From contig CAYLOJ010000001.1 of assembly GCA_964385285.1 (NCBI GenBank), positions 24,537-88,536 on the forward strand: DNA of 64,000 nt, given 5' to 3'. The first letter of the stretch is position 1; each line of letters starts with the position of its first letter. The notes under the pieces are model-generated. The model did no database searches. It saw nothing but the letters and a program-made list of their open reading frames with translations, and was not told the DNA's origin. The stretch is from an uncultured Gammaproteobacteria bacterium (GTDB lineage: Bacteria > Patescibacteriota > Patescibacteriia > UBA9570). Made by a program: the position numbers and the translations under genes. Below, piece after piece: positions 59,912-64,000 of the stretch.

Positions 59912-60802
59912 ATGGCAACACATCACCTTAAGGCCAAAGCATTTTATGATCGCTCAAGCGAGCTGAGTTTGAGTAAGCCTTGGTATCGCGCACAAGTAGA
60001 GCGCTTTGTATTAGGTAATCTAGATAGTGATGCCTATAGCGATCAAACCTCCAAGAAATTAATTCCACGCACACTGGTTGCCACTGCCTACATCACCACA
60101 AAGCAGGCTGGAGTCATTGCTGGCTTGGCAGAGATTAGTTGGTTATGTAAACGCGAAGGTCTGACCATTCAGTTGTATGTTAAAGATGGACGGGGAGTCA
60201 AAGCCAATGCAAAGATCATCAAAATCGTGGGGAACGCCAGAACAATTCTTCGGGTGGAACGGACGGTTTTGAATACCCTGCAACACCTTTCAGGCATCGC
60301 CACTCGCACACGTCATTATCTGCATAACGTTAAACCAGGCGTGCTACTCGCTGCCACTCGCAAAACACTATGGGGTGGGCTAGATAAGAAAGCCGTGGCG
60401 TTAGGCGGAGGATATACACATCGCCTACATTTGGGCGACGGTGTCATGGTGAAAGATAATCACATTGCACTGGTTGAACATACTACTTTACAAAACACAC
60501 GTTGGGAGAAACAACTGTGCGAGTTAGAGGTAGATTCACTAGCACAATTGAAGCGGGCAGTGATTCATTATCCTCAATTTCGCATCCTCATGCTGGATAA
60601 TTTTTCTCCTGAAAAAATTCGTCTAGCGGTACGTTGGATGGAACAGCAACATGTGCGTCAACACTATATTCTGGAGGCTTCCGGAGGCATTCATATTGGG
60701 AATCTTAAAGCGTTTAGTTACAGCGGTGTTGACGTCGTCTCGATGGGAGCATTAACACATTCTGCGCCTGCACTTGATTTATCTCTAGAATTAATCGTAT
60801 GA
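59912..60802 (+). CDS. nadC: Nicotinate-nucleotide pyrophosphorylase [carboxylating] (quinolinate phosphoribosyltransferase)
   Basis: ...ATRKTLWGGLDKKAVALGGGYTHRLHLGDGVMVKDNHIA... Confidence 0.9.
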   Translation: MATHHLKAKAFYDRSSELSLSKPWYRAQVERFVLGNLDSDAYSDQTSKKLIPRTLVATAYITTKQAGVIAGLAEISWLCKREGLTIQLYVKDGRGVKANAKIIKIVGNARTILRVERTVLNTLQHLSGIATRTRHYLHNVKPGVLLAATRKTLWGGLDKKAVALGGGYTHRLHLGDGVMVKDNHIALVEHTTLQNTRWEKQLCELEVDSLAQLKRAVIHYPQFRILMLDNFSPEKIRLAVRWMEQQHVRQHYILEASGGIHIGNLKAFSYSGVDVVSMGALTHSAPALDLSLELIV

Positions 60803-62262
60803 CACCCGTCATTCCGCAACGCGAGGTAATTATTGTGGGTAGTGGGATTGCCGGCCTGTATTGTGCGTTGTGGTGTGCACAGCACAGCAAAGTACGCCTG
60901 ATTACCAAGAATAAAATTGTAGAGAGCAGCTCAAGTTATGCTCAAGGTGGCATTGCAGCCGTTCTGGATGATCATGATAGTTTTCAACGACATATTCAGG
61001 ATACGCTGGCAGCTGGTGCGCAGCACAACAAGCGCTCAGCGGTCGAAGTGTTAGTTAAAGAAGCCCCGCAACATATTGCATCACTTATTCAGCTCGGAGT
61101 TGATTTTTCACTTAATCCTTCCGGAACACTGGATCTTGGCCGAGAAGGCGGACACACGAATCGCCGCATCGTACATGCAAAGGATATGACCGGGTTGGCT
61201 GTAGAGCGCGCATTGATTGCCGCTGTAAAGCGTCACAAAAATATTCACATTCAGCAATGGGAGTTTGCACTAGACTTAATCAAAGACCGAAAAAAAATCG
61301 TTGGTGTCCGTACGGTCAAAAAAAATTATTATGCGGACGCCGTTATTTTAGCCACCGGCGGAGCTGGCCAGATGTATCCCTATACCTCTAATCCAACCGT
61401 AGTCACAGGGGATGGAATTGCCATGGCCATGCGGGCAGGTGCCAAAGCGGCAGATATGGAGTTTGTGCAGTTCCATCCGACCGCCTATTATATTCCCGGC
61501 AAACGCCCATTTTTATTATCAGAAGCGTTGCGTGGTGAGGGAGCCTATTTGCGCAACGTCCTAGGAAACCGCTTCGTCAATGAATTGAAGCCCCGGGATT
61601 ATGTGAGTCGTGCCGTCTACCGCCAACAGCGGCAAGGTCTGGTTTACTTGGATTTCAGACACGCCAAGAAGACGTTTTTGCAGCAGCGTTTTCCAGGAAT
61701 CTATCAACAATTGAGTAAAGATCATTTAATGTTGGAACGTGATTTAATTCCGATTACACCAGTGGCGCATTACTTCTGTGGGGGCATTAAGACCGACCTG
61801 TACGGACGTAGCTCGTTACCGGGACTCTACGTTATTGGAGAGGCAGCCCAAACTGGTGTACATGGTGCTAATCGACTCGCCAGTAATTCGCTATTGGAAT
61901 GTTTAGTATTTGGCTACAGAGCAGCACAGCAAATTAAAAAATTAGTTCCAAATCCACGCCGCCCAAAGACCATTTCTAAACCTTACCGTTTAGTGGCTGA
62001 TCGAGATGATACGTACATCGGTTTACGCCAACAACTACAAAATGTCATGTGGGAAGCGGGCGGGATTGTACGTACACGTGCGGGATTAACTGCTGGATTA
62101 GCCGAGATCCGCATTATCCATCGAATCCTCATCAGTGAGCTGAAACGCAAACCCACGCTGCTTGCGTTAGAGCTATCAAATCTAGCTACTGTAGGCGAGG
62201 CAGTCTTGGCCGCTGCGCTCAAACGGAGGATAAGTCTCGGTTGCCATTATCGCGTAAATTAG
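60799..62262 (+). CDS. nadB: L-aspartate oxidase
   Basis: VIIVGSGIAGLYCAL FAD motif. Succinate-dehydrogenase/fumarate-reductase flavoprotein-like fold, 487 aa. Confidence 0.9.
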   Translation: MTPVIPQREVIIVGSGIAGLYCALWCAQHSKVRLITKNKIVESSSSYAQGGIAAVLDDHDSFQRHIQDTLAAGAQHNKRSAVEVLVKEAPQHIASLIQLGVDFSLNPSGTLDLGREGGHTNRRIVHAKDMTGLAVERALIAAVKRHKNIHIQQWEFALDLIKDRKKIVGVRTVKKNYYADAVILATGGAGQMYPYTSNPTVVTGDGIAMAMRAGAKAADMEFVQFHPTAYYIPGKRPFLLSEALRGEGAYLRNVLGNRFVNELKPRDYVSRAVYRQQRQGLVYLDFRHAKKTFLQQRFPGIYQQLSKDHLMLERDLIPITPVAHYFCGGIKTDLYGRSSLPGLYVIGEAAQTGVHGANRLASNSLLECLVFGYRAAQQIKKLVPNPRRPKTISKPYRLVADRDDTYIGLRQQLQNVMWEAGGIVRTRAGLTAGLAEIRIIHRILISELKRKPTLLALELSNLATVGEAVLAAALKRRISLGCHYRVN

Positions 62263-62281
62263 ATATTGTAGGGGCATCAAA

Positions 62282-62354
62282 CGGGGATTAGCGCAGTTGG
62301 TAGCGCGTGCGATTCGGGTTCGCAAGGTCAAGAGTTCGAGTCTCTTATCCCCGA
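62282..62354 (+). tRNA. tRNA-Pro (anticodon CGG); CCA not encoded
   Basis: Manual cloverleaf. Acceptor CGGGGAT/ATCCCCG; U8; D-stem GCGC/GCGC; anticodon stem TGCGA/TCGCA; loop TTCGGGT (anticodon CGG at 62315-62317, G37); variable AGGTC; T-arm AAGAG-TTCGAGT-CTCTT; discriminator A. Confidence 0.85.
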
Positions 62355-62359
62355 CACAA

Positions 62360-63784
62360 ATGTTGACCTTTACTCCTAGTCTTTTCTTTAAATACGCCAC
62401 CTGCCCACACTGGATCTGGCGTGATTTGTTTGCGGACCAGAAGCGCAAGGGGGAGATGCCCGAACTAGCAAAAAAACTACTGGAGCAAGGTGTCTTACAT
62501 GAAGAAGAATACATCAGGGATTTACAAGTTGAGACAGTAGACACTCAACTAGGTGAAGCTGGTTACGCAGAAACCCAACGCCTCATGGCACAGGGTGTCC
62601 CGCTCATTTATCAAGGCTCCATCCGCGCTGAGATTGATGGCGTACGCTATCAGGGACGTCCGGATTTACTGGAAAAGGTGACTGGCTATTCAAAATTGGG
62701 TGATTACTATTATCGTCCGATTGATATTAAAAATTCGAAAGATCTCAAACCAGCCCATTGGTTACAGCTCACATTGTATGCCATTATTTTGGAACAGCTG
62801 CAGGGAGTATTTCCACAAGAATGTGCAATCATCAATAGCGAGCATGTTCAATTGGAAGTCACGCTCTCAGAGCTGAATCGCGCAAAAACTTGGTCAAAAA
62901 TCAAAGATATTCTCGCAGTGATGAATGGCCAGAAACCACCACTTAAACTGGTGAGCAGTTGCAAACAAAACCCATGGTTTAGCGAGTGTATTCGTGAGGC
63001 CGAATTAGCCGACGACATTGCGTTAATCTACAAACTCGATAGCCGTGCGATGGAGGTCTTACGTACCATGGGAATCAAAACAGTCCATGATGCAGCAGCC
63101 ATGGATATTAATCGTCTCCCGGCTATCCCATTCACGAGCCGCACAGCAATGAAACGCGTCCACTTGCAAGCCCAATCACTCGTATCCAGAACGATCCATT
63201 GGCTGAATACACCCACCATTCCTGATGCTAAATTAAAAATCTATTTTGATATTGAAGGCGACCCTTTGCTCCAAGTGCAATATTTATTTGGCTTTTGGAT
63301 TGTGGACGGCCAGCAGGCACCGTATTACAAATATTTTTTAGCAGAGCAACCGGGTGATGAGGGAAAAATGTGGGGGGAATTTTTAGCCTGGCTCGATTCG
63401 CTACCCATCAATGATTGTCAGGTTTATCACTTTGCTGATTATGAGCGTTCACGTTGCTTGGGAATGGCAAAACAGTATGGTGGAGAATCCGCTATTGCAC
63501 GGTTCATTACACGCTTCATTGATCTTTCAACGATCGTGCAAGAATCAGTCATTTTTCCCCTCTATTTTTATTCCATCAAAGATATCGCTAAATCTAAGTT
63601 TTTAAATTACAAGTGGCGCCACCCGAAGGCCGGTGGGGCCCAAAGTATCTTTTGGTATGAAAAATGGCTAGAAACAGGGGATCGACAAGTACTGCAGGAT
63701 ATTGTGGACTATAATGAAGATGATGTGATCGCGACGGAATACTTGCATCAGTGGCTAATAAGCCAAACACATCCACGCTTGTAA
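62360..63784 (+). CDS. TM0106-family RecB-like nuclease (PD-(D/E)xK-like N-domain plus RNase-H-like C-domain)
   Basis: Start set to ATG 62360, 5 nt after the tRNA. ...LKIYFDIEGDP...YHFADYERS... (DxE / exonuclease-like motifs). N-terminal YATCPHW... region. Confidence 0.5.
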   Translation: MLTFTPSLFFKYATCPHWIWRDLFADQKRKGEMPELAKKLLEQGVLHEEEYIRDLQVETVDTQLGEAGYAETQRLMAQGVPLIYQGSIRAEIDGVRYQGRPDLLEKVTGYSKLGDYYYRPIDIKNSKDLKPAHWLQLTLYAIILEQLQGVFPQECAIINSEHVQLEVTLSELNRAKTWSKIKDILAVMNGQKPPLKLVSSCKQNPWFSECIREAELADDIALIYKLDSRAMEVLRTMGIKTVHDAAAMDINRLPAIPFTSRTAMKRVHLQAQSLVSRTIHWLNTPTIPDAKLKIYFDIEGDPLLQVQYLFGFWIVDGQQAPYYKYFLAEQPGDEGKMWGEFLAWLDSLPINDCQVYHFADYERSRCLGMAKQYGGESAIARFITRFIDLSTIVQESVIFPLYFYSIKDIAKSKFLNYKWRHPKAGGAQSIFWYEKWLETGDRQVLQDIVDYNEDDVIATEYLHQWLISQTHPRL

Positions 63785-63790
63785 CTCGCT

Positions 63791-64000
63791 ATGGTCTTTA
63801 CCATTGTGGACACTCAAGAAAGCGAAATGATCGCGGCAGCTAGTCGCGGAGAGGAAGCTGCGCTTAGTTGGCTGTATACACGCTATCAACCGCTTGTTTT
63901 GGGCTACCTAATCCGCTTATTAGGTTCAGTACCACTAGCCGAAGATCTGTGCCAGGATAGCTTCTTAAAGGCGTTTAGAGCCCTAAAGAGTTATCGCGGT
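63791..64000 (+). CDS. RNA polymerase sigma-70 ECF-family sigma factor, N-terminal region 2 (gene continues beyond the window end)
   Basis: MVFTIVDTQESEMIAAASRGEEAALSWLYTRYQPLVLGYLIRLLGSVPLAEDLCQDSFLKAFRALKSYRG, the sigma region 2.1-2.2 pattern. Confidence 0.75.
   Translation, partial: MVFTIVDTQESEMIAAASRGEEAALSWLYTRYQPLVLGYLIRLLGSVPLAEDLCQDSFLKAFRALKSYRG

Overview
This is a dense, mostly housekeeping 64-kb window from what looks like a small-genome, uncultivated-type bacterium (about 45% GC). It carries a complete F1Fo ATP synthase operon, an archaeal-type NMN adenylyltransferase and an alpha2-type glycine--tRNA ligase, and almost no Shine-Dalgarno spacing. The left 19 kb is a cell-surface glycan locus. 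It holds three tandem cytoplasmic AlkP/NPP-family paralogs, an ArnT/PMT-like GT-C transferase, three GT2 genes, a Wzx-like flippase, a GT4, a DPM1-like polyprenyl-phosphate sugar synthase, a membrane-anchored secreted protein, and a dTDP-rhamnose operon (rfbA, rfbC, rfbB, rfbD) interrupted by a sensor-less GGDEF diguanylate cyclase. Next come murA, a tail-specific protease, rplI, pyrG, rpmA, glyQS, an M16 peptidase, an AI-2E transporter, metG, cvpA, tatD, rmuC and a hexapeptide-repeat transferase. The atpIBEFHAGDC operon follows on the minus strand. A sigma70-like promoter then drives two small ORFs and a 1731-aa giant protein with an N-terminal PP2C phosphatase domain, two predicted TM helices, a Pro/Thr-rich linker and an unknown C-terminal domain. 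The right side has pheST, gyrB, secE-nusG-rplK-rplA, a dCMP deaminase/NMP-kinase/tmk/dut cluster with an M23 peptidase, a reverse-pathway-order NAD operon (nadE-nadM-nadA-nadC-nadB), tRNA-Pro(CGG), a TM0106-type RecB-like nuclease and the start of an ECF sigma factor. The main hunt results are: a recurrent TTGACn-17-TAnAnT promoter sitting 6-9 nt from the ATG at nine gene starts (leaderless mRNAs), the giant PP2C protein and its small-ORF operon, the diguanylate cyclase inside the rhamnose operon, and the triplicated NPP-like genes heading the glycan locus. No CRISPR array, rRNA or mobile element was found.
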